Counted from the stretch's first letter, positions 240,101 through 247,356 are shown. The stretch: DNA of 248,000 bases from Hyalangium minutum (GCF_000737315.1 NZ_JMCB01000003.1:20001-268000); one strand, 5' to 3'. Made by a program: numbers and translations. Notes: generated by a model not told the origin, from the letters alone.

Positions 240101-242161
240101 TATGGCTGGGACGCAGGAGGGCGGCTCGCTTCGACCAAGCGGATCACCGCGCAGGAGACGGTCGAAGCCTCATATGCGTATGGCTTTGACGGACTGCGGC
240201 GGACTCGGACCGTGAACGGAGTGAGCACCCGGTATGTGTGGGGTGCGAACGAAGAGCTGCTCGAAGAAGGGCCGGCTGTGGGAAGTCGGCTGTTGTATGC
240301 CCAGGCAGGCTTCGGAGCGGTGGCGGCGGGAGGAGAGCGGCTGCTGCGGGATGCGCTGGGCAGTGTCGTGGGGCGCGTGGGTCCGTCCACGGAGCTGTCT
240401 CGCTATGGCGCGTGGGGCGCACTCCGGCAGGGAGCGCCGCCCCAGGGCATGGAACCGTCCCTGGCCTACGCGGGGCAATCTCTCGACAGCGAAACAGGGC
240501 TGAGCTACGCGCAGCAGCGTTGGTACAGCTCGGAGACCGGGCGTTTCCTCTCGGAGGATCCCCTGGGAGCGGCGGCGTACCTCTCGACCCCGACCGAGCT
240601 GAACCCCTGGCTCTATGCGAGGTCCAATCCCCTGACGTACCTGGATCCCTCGGGTTTGTGGTCCTGGTCTCAGGCTGGAGTGGGGCTGGCCAGAGCTGGC
240701 AGGAAAGCCTGGCATGAAACGGCCAATGCTTTCTCGTGGGCCGCTCGTCCTCTGAACGGCGCGTTCGGAGTGTCCTCGGGACACTACGACAAGAAGGGAC
240801 GATGGAGGCTTCGGGATACAGGCACCTTCAAAGAGGAGGCGAAGAAGCAGCTCAAGCAGATCAAGGAGGTCGCGGAGTACGTGAAGGACCACCCGGTGGA
240901 GACGGTGACTGGGCTGGTGGTGGAGCCGGCGAAGGCGATCGGTACCGGGATTGCGGCCTGTGTCGTCGGCGCGACGACGCAGGGCGTGGTGGGCGACGAG
241001 GCGAGCCGTGACTGTGGCGAGATGCTCCCGAAGGCGATCGGATCGGTAGCGGGCACTTTCTCCGGGGCAGGCGCGGCGATCCGGACCGCAGGACGCGTCC
241101 GGCGTGCCGCGGCAGATATGCGTACGGCCATGAGGAGGAGCGTCTCGGCCGCTGATGACATGGCCAGGACGAGGCTGGGCCCGCAGCGCGGATGGCCTGA
241201 CGAGGCCCCGAAGCCCGCGAGGGCCGGCGCCAATGACTGCGCGGGTGGGGTCTGCCAACGCCCAGGACAATGCTTCGTGGCGGGCACTCCCGTCCTGACC
241301 CAGGAAGGTCTCAAGCCCATTGAGCAGATTGTCGAAGGGGAACTGGTCTGGTCACGTAACGAGGAGACGGGCCAATCGGATTGGCGGCCCGTGGTGCGGA
241401 CGTTCGTGACGCCGGACCAGCCAGTGCTGAGACTGGAGCTGACGGACGAGGCCGGTCAGCGCACCGTGCTGGGAGTGACTGGGGAGCACCCGTTCTGGGT
241501 GAAAGACCTGGGATGGGTGGGAGCGTCGTCGCTGCTCCCCGGTCAGCAGGTGGCCAGCGCGCACGGAGGATGGCTCAAGGTGGGGGCCGCGACGTGGGAG
241601 CAGGCGCGCGCCACCGTCTTCAACTTCGAAGTGGAGGAATTCCACACCTACTTCGTGGGCGACGTCGGCGCGTGGGTCCACAACAGCTGTCAGCAGCCAT
241701 GGTTGTTCGCGGCGGGACAGGGGGATGTGTACACGCTCCTGGAGAAATTCAGGAAGACTCACACGTTAGGGAAAGCGGAGACCTTTGCGCTGGCAATGCT
241801 GGAGAGTGGTGAGCGTGCATTTGGAATCAACTCGGGTTTGTTCAAGGGCAGGGATTCCCGGATTCATGGCTTTGAAATGTTGAGGGAGCACGGGTTGCTG
241901 AAGAAAGCCACCATATACAGTCAGGAGCCCTTCCTGCTGCACGCAGAGGCTCTGGCGGTCATTCGTCTGTGGGAGCGGCTGCAGGGCAAAGACCTTTCAC
242001 TGATTCGGCTGTACGTCGACAACCCAACCTGCAAGCTGTGTCTGAGCGGCCTTCCCAGACTGCAAGTGGCGCTTGGGATCAAACGCTTGGAGATTTATGG
242101 CCCGGGAACCATTCACATCAGCAAGCCGTCTCTCCACCCCATTGACCTTCTCAAGAATTGA
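228113..242161 (+). CDS. 4,682-aa lipoprotein Rhs/YD toxin: Ig stalk, Rhs core, pretoxin HINT, C-terminal deaminase-like toxin
   Basis: lipobox ATAC; YD repeats; R.Y....GRFLSEDP, NP..Y...NP....DPSG; CFVAGT...VHNSC; HAE...PTCKLC. Confidence 0.9.
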   Translation: MIRRAPRWLWLVLGLVTLATACDRRSSEEPASAAPPAQAAQQAQALSGSTCDSVAPTGMAPGWKVAPIQAAGQNVASTIFPASVGERAILILQESAEALNQEFKTEASLNGVDWVAISRQRPLAARVVQLSASNRLELETNGGVARTSVAALSPLPCAAVEARVTHAGGSAATVETRTFTWPMGAGPALLVVESGSASQVTGRVVLGSLTVQVPAAGQLPVVEVVSPQASNTLRVEVGGSAGAWVRAVVVEPDMLPPIVSMGQPAEGAQLNASPVEVQGTAGAGAVAVKVGAVDAVLSQGQYTAQVPLVEGPNALVAEVRDQCGNVARVCRPVVLTTAPPTVVIEGVTDGQVSREPLHPTWTVTSSGPVTVEATLDGAPFVGGTAVTAEGSHELRVMVRDAAGREAQAQVGFAIDTTPPRLTLTGVEEGERRNTPAVLGFTVEEEHPGSVEATLDGAPMASGDTVSAEGAHVWTVAATDAAGNRSEVQRHFVVDVTAPTLEVLSPAPGSFTQAGSVEVVVAAADDGPVAGVWLGNAELTLGTDGKYRSLVVLEEGSNLLVLVARDAAGNSAQSSLAVTRDSTPPQLTLTTPAEGAKVAGDSVQVEGQAQDTTPLTVRVAGMTAAVAADGHFQLSVAVAQGPVSLEVVATDAAGNTARLVRGIRVNTTPPRLDLTAPASGTVTEESSIEVSGFARAADRTDTVRVEVAGTEHGVRADGSFSVQVPLEVGLNTVSVTAVDGYGLRTPRTVRVERQGPQGPGPGDGGSGDGSGGGTDGGSGEDTPDAGSGAPDAGSPGPVPDGGIPSEPPVLVLASPQENSLWGVERVSVLGRVEGGDLPLQVTVDGLPAAVTGRQFSASVALPEGSSMLHVRAVDALGRIAEVRRQVRVDQTPPFLEVTRPEQPSTTVSESPYLVEGLAGDAYLAGVTVNGAPVMVLAGHFSSSVALVAGDNTVEVEAVDLAGNRSRAVRTLRVEALPPQLTVLEPVDGSEATEPVVRVTVKVESSAPLDEVRIGTGIAANLGSGQYTAQVPLALGENVIPVSARDTLGMTGSATVRVRYRDPSTEPLTVTGVDPSDQATELEPDTLVNVAFNKAVKPASVRAGFTVSVEGQPLAGGWSVAHGAQIVSFIARDPLPEGATLQVRVAGVEPVQGPGMQGEFRSMFTVRRPLTRLRGQVVDARREPVSGVRVEVEGQGLFTRTGADGNWALFGVQPGQVVLRYEGGASSEGQVFPTVRRRFAVEAERDNEESTVVLTPVDAESAEPVDTSLPLHLTFGGRHGALEVDIPAGGLILEGGSTRGLVTLTQLPLHSLPVPTEGALRPVVVWQLQPAGTRLVRPVVLRLPNRLSAPPGSRAALFTYDPEAHRLHIAGLATLSADGTQLVSDGVLEAGSLEYFGYLPLPEESSVARAGAVSPRVANLGPLPRPPSDGLIRPLTQGFGLDPGSALAIWDSYQPFIAPAAVMGTVRGPREQAVALDLSSPSLGESRRVALDSQLRYRMPLSVQARSLYPLSSSGRDSLVLALEGVGPEGQRLGPPSGGSWRQESPQGQRAELSTQVELSLGTSSLWATGTTARGRNVLRLNAELSLADGGVPDGGATSGLLRVQRGDGGSAGGEDSEGLVRFAGMPVRVTDGWHEGGSISGPAGRYAASIIMLQSSWIPPASVLACVRLPIGWNVQSWVAWDGRVRTRKAPSTAEECSGPWEVLAWPSPIIPDIDVLVDVRWLHGNITFVDRQGEPLPPPCSDLVVRQGTEVTGLSQDAVRSTEVHFFREDNLSTPIVSYAVADPEQCDSYPGAPHGRYAKVRYGPSTLSRVASRRDSQRLLPGDRLVVFAVNHATGYSGMEVVTVPSVNQSSRAEDGSCPADDAAGGPMAVQDGSRTVSVSRCTLQDLGIEADLKLYPPEIDVRVERQSRAEGSSQEALEPSLVRHKGAATTRDNFVSVATHWRVRRQPARSWDPGVLPPVNSSCEGGSQAAGSTCAPQILLDEGPRGTWAEHYCGELPEPRTPEQQALCLKDDRELAEVPVGVPPLAGRVVRITGSAVEEPAVASFHVAPGRSTTTVQTALRRVERDGREVVLNNLTRAYYYVQVVGHPVLPRDRNSDGTLDPSEENAPPPDFEDDEDAPGIPEGVVTLKSVYRSVEPEGRIERYDRALEHEFRVMEVGSSRVTARTERGEERPLPQPGQPPSSAAASPEDVAYQFLLNLLEPEDPGRTGPPSSQYVLRLGTDSFGIECPIELNASAGTLRGTCEGEYLPEVLSAGDVLYLEVYLRGNAENVLYRFNFDGLSMREDYLGASSRFTAHRAVEQQNGKPVEDRPISRLNEAHFFLSPHELSSGRIRLCTNAECSGDGAVIKDATVLWTAAGSYAVSEQATGSAPGRLVQEVTSGAGNARHLRLGLPASVTAMPGIAAAGAGIFLVKDSESPPRARQVERLGTPKGRFQGLNAQAPGQEAVAGINVADLHLALTHTDFAVPQLAGEVSFSRTYANQNDLPSPMGVGWRHELDGFVLEESLGRYVVNLGGQAWGFIRCTTVDEEAQTASGCMTDKTHGMSLKVDSEGVQLTTEQGSVYRFNRPAVKRDQEGRRKWLLTKFHDGHGRGEQDGWTHLTYAEGTNRLTQAKRTPGELSLELKYCEDFSREDCDGVAPDAPGNLKFLARSEGFKLLKGVVLKNSQGQELHIVRFKHDRWGNLLEAERTTDPPTQKWKYTYAPIADDVPSMMAWRAINELSEARLEVAGHPQWVATYGRGGAECYAHLEAFECVSSVTQTGFMGNVLQVQGEAGHRQLKLPTGNSAEVSLNEYGNVTSSASEGQAARRLTWPSSQRGGEVRLEKSVSPSGRTLRYGTDHQLRLDEVKLEGSSDVVGLEAGALVSVLARDARGLPTSGKLSTANGPAEWSMPRSQSGDVLGLSLGGTQLFSRVTDEEGRITSERDALGNTTTFTFGALGLPVRIQVSSDSATSGLVRYTLVLEYDAYGRLIRRFNETTGEAESWRYDGQGNMLEHTLTGEPSERWTYTYTYGDQRLTVVERLEGTAYTRTALFEQGLLKSEQLSYGTGNASRAYEYEGGRLKKKTDELSVTWEYTYDSAGRLKVVKANGRTVESYGLDEDGILISTTDREGHTTQIGNDSLGRPVSWTYEDGYKEEVRRDAQGAIVWEKKMSPGADRAHVFAQEVDALGQVLSRRSAENGSGVEIVSTYDAAGRVRTREDRGRGLNESFEYGDVLGRLTRYQRTVASAAGSQNWIETRQYVDEGGRTELRILRQIDTGLGPRQENQVLVLDALGRVLKDQRLGAGVFEYTYDARGNVLERRHSVLGTTSYTYDGLGNLLSMTEPGGVTTTYTVDAAGRVLTQEGPHDQERWTFTYDLFDRPLTQVLAQAGSSPQAAWSFEYPGNGIVIETDPLSIATTRRFNSRELLLSEERGSQTAEYAYDGTWPRLHLISHEGSERKLTRSFDDLGRPLQQVEFWKQGDHSYTYSTTTAWTGRRGTRQERWEATDASVRTLTATIRVDGLGNLIEQEQGGLTDAWAYDAAGLLAREALAGRPEKRFFYEQDRLVRMENGSETTLYEYDAAGRQWKETDPSGRERTRVYNAQGLVASERFGAGETLESAYTYDRGGGLRTLTRGGAQWNFTHGPRGELQAVELPGGLGTFTYQYDALLQLKGVTPPEGGGAAAQTFAYDNWGRQLRRTRGSSVWSTAWQGGLSTTSDPNGDVVEQLYDGRGRVVRERFAPGNSSRPFHDLTAVTYAYDGLDQLLLAQESRISGAVSNVYDYDGRSRLISMRRGSEEISYTYTESGQKRTVTSPSGTLRYEYDAQDRVRRIESSQGPVVAVGWEPGGLLSEVSGNGVVERYAYWGHGLIRSIASQWDGPSAGTLRYEYGYDVRGNRLEERYTAPGATAFEVTQFGYDAADRLTGVRYPTGEAELYLLAADGSRLEEKHLQGYSGGLTPQALANATNATQHWRYAYDTAGGLQRIDDVLTGGVEAQVTTDAGGRVVAEMRGGTTRQYGWDAGGRLASTKRITAQETVEASYAYGFDGLRRTRTVNGVSTRYVWGANEELLEEGPAVGSRLLYAQAGFGAVAAGGERLLRDALGSVVGRVGPSTELSRYGAWGALRQGAPPQGMEPSLAYAGQSLDSETGLSYAQQRWYSSETGRFLSEDPLGAAAYLSTPTELNPWLYARSNPLTYLDPSGLWSWSQAGVGLARAGRKAWHETANAFSWAARPLNGAFGVSSGHYDKKGRWRLRDTGTFKEEAKKQLKQIKEVAEYVKDHPVETVTGLVVEPAKAIGTGIAACVVGATTQGVVGDEASRDCGEMLPKAIGSVAGTFSGAGAAIRTAGRVRRAAADMRTAMRRSVSAADDMARTRLGPQRGWPDEAPKPARAGANDCAGGVCQRPGQCFVAGTPVLTQEGLKPIEQIVEGELVWSRNEETGQSDWRPVVRTFVTPDQPVLRLELTDEAGQRTVLGVTGEHPFWVKDLGWVGASSLLPGQQVASAHGGWLKVGAATWEQARATVFNFEVEEFHTYFVGDVGAWVHNSCQQPWLFAAGQGDVYTLLEKFRKTHTLGKAETFALAMLESGERAFGINSGLFKGRDSRIHGFEMLREHGLLKKATIYSQEPFLLHAEALAVIRLWERLQGKDLSLIRLYVDNPTCKLCLSGLPRLQVALGIKRLEIYGPGTIHISKPSLHPIDLLKN

Positions 242162-242173
242162 CCCGGCATATAG

Positions 242174-243640
242174 CTATTGCGCCTGCGGATTCTGAGTCGT
242201 GGGCGGGCGCGCTCGTTCCCAAGCAGGGTCGTAGCACTCCTCCTGCCACTGGTAGGTATCGTCGCTGCATGGCGGTCTCTTGTCGGCCACGCGCACCCAG
242301 CAGCCGCCATGAATGATTTTCTCCCAGTCTCGCTTGCACGGGGGGCGGCGCTGGCCCGGGAGCGGTTGCTTGGGCATGTCCAGGGAGATGGATCTGGCCT
242401 CAGAGGGAATCGATTGAACTTCCATCCGAGTGGTGAGCGCATCGTCTCCCAATCCGCGGGTACCGGCATCTGGCTCCATGCCCGCATCCAGCGCTTCAGC
242501 ACGCGCCGTCTCAGACGGCTTTGCGCTCCACTCGGGAGCCATCCAGCAGGGCCCCACCACCGCCAGAGACATCGTGAGCAGCGCGAGGAGATTCCTCCAA
242601 GGGACGGGCCGAACTTGCTGCCTCGCCTGGAGAGTTCCTGCTTTGTGCTCAGTAGCTTTGGCTGGGGCCGTCTTCGCATCGACGGGCCTCGCGGGCCCGG
242701 CTTGAGTCTGTACCGCAGGCTTCACTGAAGCCCAGAGAGGAACATCCGCTGCGGAACCTAGATGCTCCGCCGAGGTTTCCGCTGCTTGTGCCAACTCACT
242801 TGCCGTCCCGCGAGCCTCAGGCTCCGCCGCGAGCAGCCGCTCCACCAGCGCCGAGAGCTCAGGCACCACTCGGGGGTTGAGTTCATGCGTGCATTGGCGT
242901 CGCGCAACTCCACCCTGGATTTGTTTCTTGAGGTCTTCAGGCTCCGTGCCAGGAGGGGGATAGATCCGAGTCAATAACCGGTACAGCGTCACGCCCAGCG
243001 CATAGAGATCGTCCGCCGGGGTGGCGTGGTAGCGCGCTCCCGGCGTGCTCCAGTGTTGCCACTCGAAGCGTAGCGCCTCGGGGCTGCGGTACTCAGGCGT
243101 GTTGGGAGGCAGCACCCGATGGGTGAGTGGGGGAGCGCCCTTCCACGTGCCCGAACCAAAATCCGTGAGCACCGCCCGGCCCTCGGGCTCCACAAGAATG
243201 TTGTCGCCCTTCAGGTCGCGGTGCAGGCATTCCCCGCGGTGCAACACCTCCAACCCCCATGCCAGCTGGGCCACCACCCGGAGCACTTCGCGGCTGGTGG
243301 GAGTGTGCATCCGCGCCCACTCGTACAGCCGCTGGCCCCGGATCCACTCCATCACCACATAGGGATGCCGGACTCCAGGCTCGGCCTCCCACCAACCTTG
243401 GTCGATGAGTCGAGGCACGGCCGGGTGGCGGGTGCGTCTGAGCAACTCCACCTCCCGTTCGAAGCGCGGGTCATGAGGGAACACCGCCATCTTCAGTGCC
243501 ACGGGCGGGGAGCCCGGGTCGTCGGCGCGCCGGGCGCGGAACACGGCGCCGTAGCTGCCCCGGCCGGCATAGCCCTCGATGCGCCAGGGGCCGACCAGAT
243601 CTCCGATGTTCAGCGAGTCAGGTGTCCTCGTGCCCGTCAT
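242174..243640 (-). CDS. Ser/Thr protein kinase (paralog of 16660)
   Basis: GRGSYG, HRDLKGDN, DFG, NTPEYRSPE. Confidence 0.85.
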   Translation of the reverse strand: MTGTRTPDSLNIGDLVGPWRIEGYAGRGSYGAVFRARRADDPGSPPVALKMAVFPHDPRFEREVELLRRTRHPAVPRLIDQGWWEAEPGVRHPYVVMEWIRGQRLYEWARMHTPTSREVLRVVAQLAWGLEVLHRGECLHRDLKGDNILVEPEGRAVLTDFGSGTWKGAPPLTHRVLPPNTPEYRSPEALRFEWQHWSTPGARYHATPADDLYALGVTLYRLLTRIYPPPGTEPEDLKKQIQGGVARRQCTHELNPRVVPELSALVERLLAAEPEARGTASELAQAAETSAEHLGSAADVPLWASVKPAVQTQAGPARPVDAKTAPAKATEHKAGTLQARQQVRPVPWRNLLALLTMSLAVVGPCWMAPEWSAKPSETARAEALDAGMEPDAGTRGLGDDALTTRMEVQSIPSEARSISLDMPKQPLPGQRRPPCKRDWEKIIHGGCWVRVADKRPPCSDDTYQWQEECYDPAWERARPPTTQNPQAQ

Positions 243641-243809
243641 GGCACCGGAGACTACCCAAGGGGTCGCTCGCCGTCATGCCGCTCTTTCAGGTAGGATGGC
243701 GGCGATGGAGAATCTCCCGAGAGAGACGGAGCGTCTCCGGCCGTGGACGGTTCACAGGCGTCTCGCTCTGGCAACCGCTTGGCTCGGGAGTTGCTTGAGG
243801 CCGGGCGGT

Positions 243810-244910
243810 ATGACGGGACTGCACGACCGATTCTTCCGCTACCTCTTCAACCACACCGCGCGCACCGAGGCTTTGCTGCGGCACAACCTGCCCGCGTTCC
243901 TCATGGCCGAGGTGGATTGGCCGTCGCTGCGGCGAGAGTCCGGCACGCTGGTCGACGGCGAGCGCGAGACTCGCAAGGACCTGCTCTTCTCCGCCCGCTG
244001 TCTCCAGTCCGCACCGGAGGAGCCTCCGCACTTCTTTCTCATCGAGCATCAATCCTCGGTGGACCCGTGGATGGCACTGCGGATGCACGACTACGCTTGG
244101 CGTCTCATCCAGCACTGGCGAGAGCAGCACCCCCAGAGCCGATGGATTCCCGAGGTGACGCCCCTGGTGGTGTACCCCCGGCAAGGTCGGACGTGGTCAG
244201 CGCCCCTGCGGCTGGGTGACCACTATCTGGTGCGAGCGCGCGCGGACAAAGAGGGGCTGCCTTGGATTTTGCGTTCTGGGTACTGGATGGACGCCGTCTC
244301 GAACGAGCAGGAGGCACGGGCTCACGGGGGACCACCGCTGGTTTCTCTGGGATTGCTGGTGCTCAGCTTCGCGGGTACGCGGCAATTGGCGAGGAGGTTG
244401 CCGCACTGGTGCGATCTGTTTGCCCAGGTGTACGCGACAGATGGTCCCCAAACGCTCTATCGCATGGTGCGCTATGTGCACCATCTGGGGGACGAGGAGG
244501 CCGTTGCGGCAATTCGGCGCGTGCTACATTCCATTATGGAGTCCACAAGGGCGGAGGCGTTCATGCGAACCATGGCAGAGGTGCTCAAAGAGCGGGGACG
244601 CCGCGAGGGGTGGATCGAGGGGAAGGCAGAAGGGAAGGCCGAGGGGAAGGCCGAGGGGAAGGCCGAGGGGAAGGCCGAGGGGAAGGCCGAGGGGAAGGCC
244701 GAGGGGAAGGCCGAGGGGCTCGCCGAGGGAGAGGCCAAGGGCTTGGTCAAGGCTCTCCTCCGCTTGTTAGCGGCACGAGGCCTACGTGTCGATGAGGCCT
244801 CCCAGGAGCGCATCCAGAATTGCGGCGATGTCGCCACACTGGAGCGCTGGCTCGACCGGGCTCTGAACGCTACGCGGCTCACCGACGTCCTGGACGGCCC
244901 CGCGCAGTAA
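243810..244910 (+). CDS. Rpn-family (YhgA-like) PD-(D/E)XK nuclease / putative transposase
   Basis: HDRFFRYLF, RKDLLF, LIEHQSS.DP.MALRM..Y. Confidence 0.85.
   Translation: MTGLHDRFFRYLFNHTARTEALLRHNLPAFLMAEVDWPSLRRESGTLVDGERETRKDLLFSARCLQSAPEEPPHFFLIEHQSSVDPWMALRMHDYAWRLIQHWREQHPQSRWIPEVTPLVVYPRQGRTWSAPLRLGDHYLVRARADKEGLPWILRSGYWMDAVSNEQEARAHGGPPLVSLGLLVLSFAGTRQLARRLPHWCDLFAQVYATDGPQTLYRMVRYVHHLGDEEAVAAIRRVLHSIMESTRAEAFMRTMAEVLKERGRREGWIEGKAEGKAEGKAEGKAEGKAEGKAEGKAEGKAEGLAEGEAKGLVKALLRLLAARGLRVDEASQERIQNCGDVATLERWLDRALNATRLTDVLDGPAQ
244563..244910 (+). CDS. putative intragenic in-frame small protein (RpnS-type antitoxin)
   Basis: GGAGG-N5-ATG inside the Rpn gene: MRTMAEVLKERG... Confidence 0.55.
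   Translation: MRTMAEVLKERGRREGWIEGKAEGKAEGKAEGKAEGKAEGKAEGKAEGKAEGLAEGEAKGLVKALLRLLAARGLRVDEASQERIQNCGDVATLERWLDRALNATRLTDVLDGPAQ
244620..244716 (+). repeat. 8 x 12-nt coding repeat (GKAE)
   Basis: GGGAAGGCCGAG units. Confidence 0.9.
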
Positions 244911-244915
244911 TCGCG

Positions 244916-246163
244916 TCAGAACAGCGCGTGCTCCGCGAGGAGCACCGCCAGCCCCACGATGAAGCTCAACAGCGTCACTGGCACGCCCACGCGCAGGTAG
245001 TCCAGGAAGGACATCTTCACCTTGTCGCGCGCGGCCTCGAAGACGATCAGGTTCGCCACGCTGCCAATCAACGTCAGGTTGCCCGCCAGCGTGGAGCACA
245101 GCGCCAGCACGTGCCAGCCCAGCTCCGGGTCCTGCAGCGTCGGAACCCACGTGCGCGCCAGCATCACGAACGGCACGTTGCTGAACAGGTTCGACGCCAC
245201 CAGCGTCAGCGCCGCGAACCCCAGCGTCTCCCGCCACGGTGGCCCCGCCATCAACGGCGCGAACAGCGCCCGCAGCTCCTCCGTCCAGCCGTACTTGTTC
245301 ACCCCGTACACCACGATGAACAGGCTGGCGAAGAACACCAGCAGCACGAAGTCCACTCGCTCCATGATGGCCCGAGGCTCTCGGCGCGCCATGGCCATCA
245401 CCACCGCCGCTCCCGTCAGCGCGCTCCAGCTCATGGAGAAGCCCGCGAAGAAGGCCACCACCACCGCCGCCATCACCGCCACCGTCAGCACCATCAGCGG
245501 TCGATCCACCGGAGGCGGCTGCGGCTGCGGCTCGAAGCGCTTCGTGGGCAGCTCCTTGCGGAACAGGTACAGCAGCATTGCGATGACAATCCCCGTGGAC
245601 AGGATCGCCGGCAGCGCCATGTACGCGGCGAAGCTCGCGTAGGACAGCTTCGAGGCCCCCTGAATCAGCATGTTCTGCGGGTTGCCCGTGAACGTGGCCA
245701 CCGAGCCGCTGTTGGAGCCCATGCACACCGCCAGCAGGTACGGCACGGGCGGCAGGCGCGCGTCCTCCACCACCACCAGCACCAGCGGCGTCAGCATCAG
245801 GCACACGGTGTCATTCACCAGGAACGCGGACAGGAGCGCGCTGATCCCCGTCACCGCCGCCAGCAGCAGCCGGGGCGTGTGCGCCAGCCGCACCGTGTGG
245901 GCCCCCGCCGTCCGGAAGAACGCCGCCTGCGCCAGGTACGCCGCCAGCAGCATCATCCCCAGCAGCAGGACGATCGTGTCCAGATCCACCGCGTGCCGCG
246001 AGACGTCCTCGCTGTGGTTGAAGACCTCGGCGGGGGTGACGACGCCCAGGACCACCATGAGCACGGCACCCAGCAGGGCGCCGCCCGGCCGATCCAGCTT
246101 CAGGAACGGGAGGCGCGCCCCGGCAATGAACACATACGTCAGCAAGAAGATGGCGAGGGCCAC
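244916..246163 (-). CDS. ArsB/NhaD/SLC13-type anion transporter
   Basis: SAFLVNDT, GNPQN, SNVP, AGNLTL.GS.AN. Confidence 0.85.
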   Translation of the reverse strand: MALAIFLLTYVFIAGARLPFLKLDRPGGALLGAVLMVVLGVVTPAEVFNHSEDVSRHAVDLDTIVLLLGMMLLAAYLAQAAFFRTAGAHTVRLAHTPRLLLAAVTGISALLSAFLVNDTVCLMLTPLVLVVVEDARLPPVPYLLAVCMGSNSGSVATFTGNPQNMLIQGASKLSYASFAAYMALPAILSTGIVIAMLLYLFRKELPTKRFEPQPQPPPVDRPLMVLTVAVMAAVVVAFFAGFSMSWSALTGAAVVMAMARREPRAIMERVDFVLLVFFASLFIVVYGVNKYGWTEELRALFAPLMAGPPWRETLGFAALTLVASNLFSNVPFVMLARTWVPTLQDPELGWHVLALCSTLAGNLTLIGSVANLIVFEAARDKVKMSFLDYLRVGVPVTLLSFIVGLAVLLAEHALF

Positions 246164-246231
246164 GAAGCGCGGACAGTACCCCAGGTGCTTCTGCTACGCT
246201 GCAATCCTCACGCATCGCCTCAAGGGACATC

Positions 246232-247308
246232 ATGACCGGCACCAGCCGGCCCGAAGAGGGGCCGGTGCAGCTCGACGGCAGCGAAGGGGAGGGGGGAGGG
246301 CAGATCCTCCGCTCGGCGCTCGCCCTGTCGCTCATCACCGGCCGCCCGTTCCACCTCACCCGCCTGCGTGAGCGCAGGGATCCCCCCGGCCTGCGCCCTC
246401 AGCACCTGGCCTGCGTGCGAGGCGCCGAGGCCCTCAGCTCCAGCACCAGCGTGGGCGCCGTCCTGGGCGGCTCAGAGCTGTCCTTCACCCCCGGCCCCGT
246501 GCGTCCCGGCGACTACGTACTGGAGGTGGGCACTGCAGGCAGCACCCCGTTGCTCTTCCAGTGCCTCTTCTTCCCATTGGCCCTGGCCGGAGGCGGGAGC
246601 CTCACCCTGCGCGGCGGCACGCACCTGCCGCACAGCCCCAGCTACCACTACCTCGCCAACGTCTGGCTGCCGGTGATGCACGCCTATGGGTTCCCGGCCG
246701 CGCTCCGGCTGACGCACGCCGGCTTCTACCCAGAGGGTGGCGGAGAGTTTCAAGGAGAGATCTCGGCTCCGGCCGAGCCGCCCCGGCTCGTGGATCTGCC
246801 CACGCGCGGCATGCTGCAGGACATCACCGTCAGCACCTTCGTGGGGGGCCTGCCGTTCACCATCGCCGATCGCCAGTCCCGTGCCGCCGAGGCCGCCTTG
246901 CGTGAGCGGGGGCTCTACAGCCTCGTGCAGAACCGGGCCTTGCCCGTGGCGGGCTCTGCCGGAACCGTCACTTTCATCCTGGCGCAGTTCGAGAACACCT
247001 TCGCGGGCTTCACCGCCATCGGTGAGCGCGGACGGCCCGCAGAGGAAGTGGGGCGCGAGGCCGCTGACGCCGTGGCCCGCTTCATGGAATCCGCCGGCGC
247101 CATCGACGAGCACCTGGGGGATCAGATCCTGCTCCCGGCGGCGCTGCTGGCCTCGGGGCGGCTGGGCCCGGCCTCACCGGGAACCACGCGCTTCACGGCC
247201 GCGAAGGTCACCGAGCACCTGACGACGCACGCACGGGTCCTCGAGCGCTTCCTGCCAGTCAAAGTGACGGTGGAGCCGGGCGGTACGGTGGAGGTCCGCC
247301 CGGCTTGA
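246232..247308 (+). CDS. rtcA: RNA 3'-terminal phosphate cyclase
   Basis: DGS.GEGGGQILR, GLRPQHL, GGT, G.YP.GGG, DEHL.DQ. Confidence 0.93.
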   Translation: MTGTSRPEEGPVQLDGSEGEGGGQILRSALALSLITGRPFHLTRLRERRDPPGLRPQHLACVRGAEALSSSTSVGAVLGGSELSFTPGPVRPGDYVLEVGTAGSTPLLFQCLFFPLALAGGGSLTLRGGTHLPHSPSYHYLANVWLPVMHAYGFPAALRLTHAGFYPEGGGEFQGEISAPAEPPRLVDLPTRGMLQDITVSTFVGGLPFTIADRQSRAAEAALRERGLYSLVQNRALPVAGSAGTVTFILAQFENTFAGFTAIGERGRPAEEVGREAADAVARFMESAGAIDEHLGDQILLPAALLASGRLGPASPGTTRFTAAKVTEHLTTHARVLERFLPVKVTVEPGGTVEVRPA

Positions 247309-247356
247309 CACGGAAACGGTGTCTTGCAGCTTCAGGCCCGGGTAGCCGGGTGAGGC

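Noticed and set aside
242177-242728. Plus-strand ORF after the Rhs as an immunity gene
   Set aside because: It is fully antisense to the kinase C-terminus, has no RBS and has shadow-like composition.
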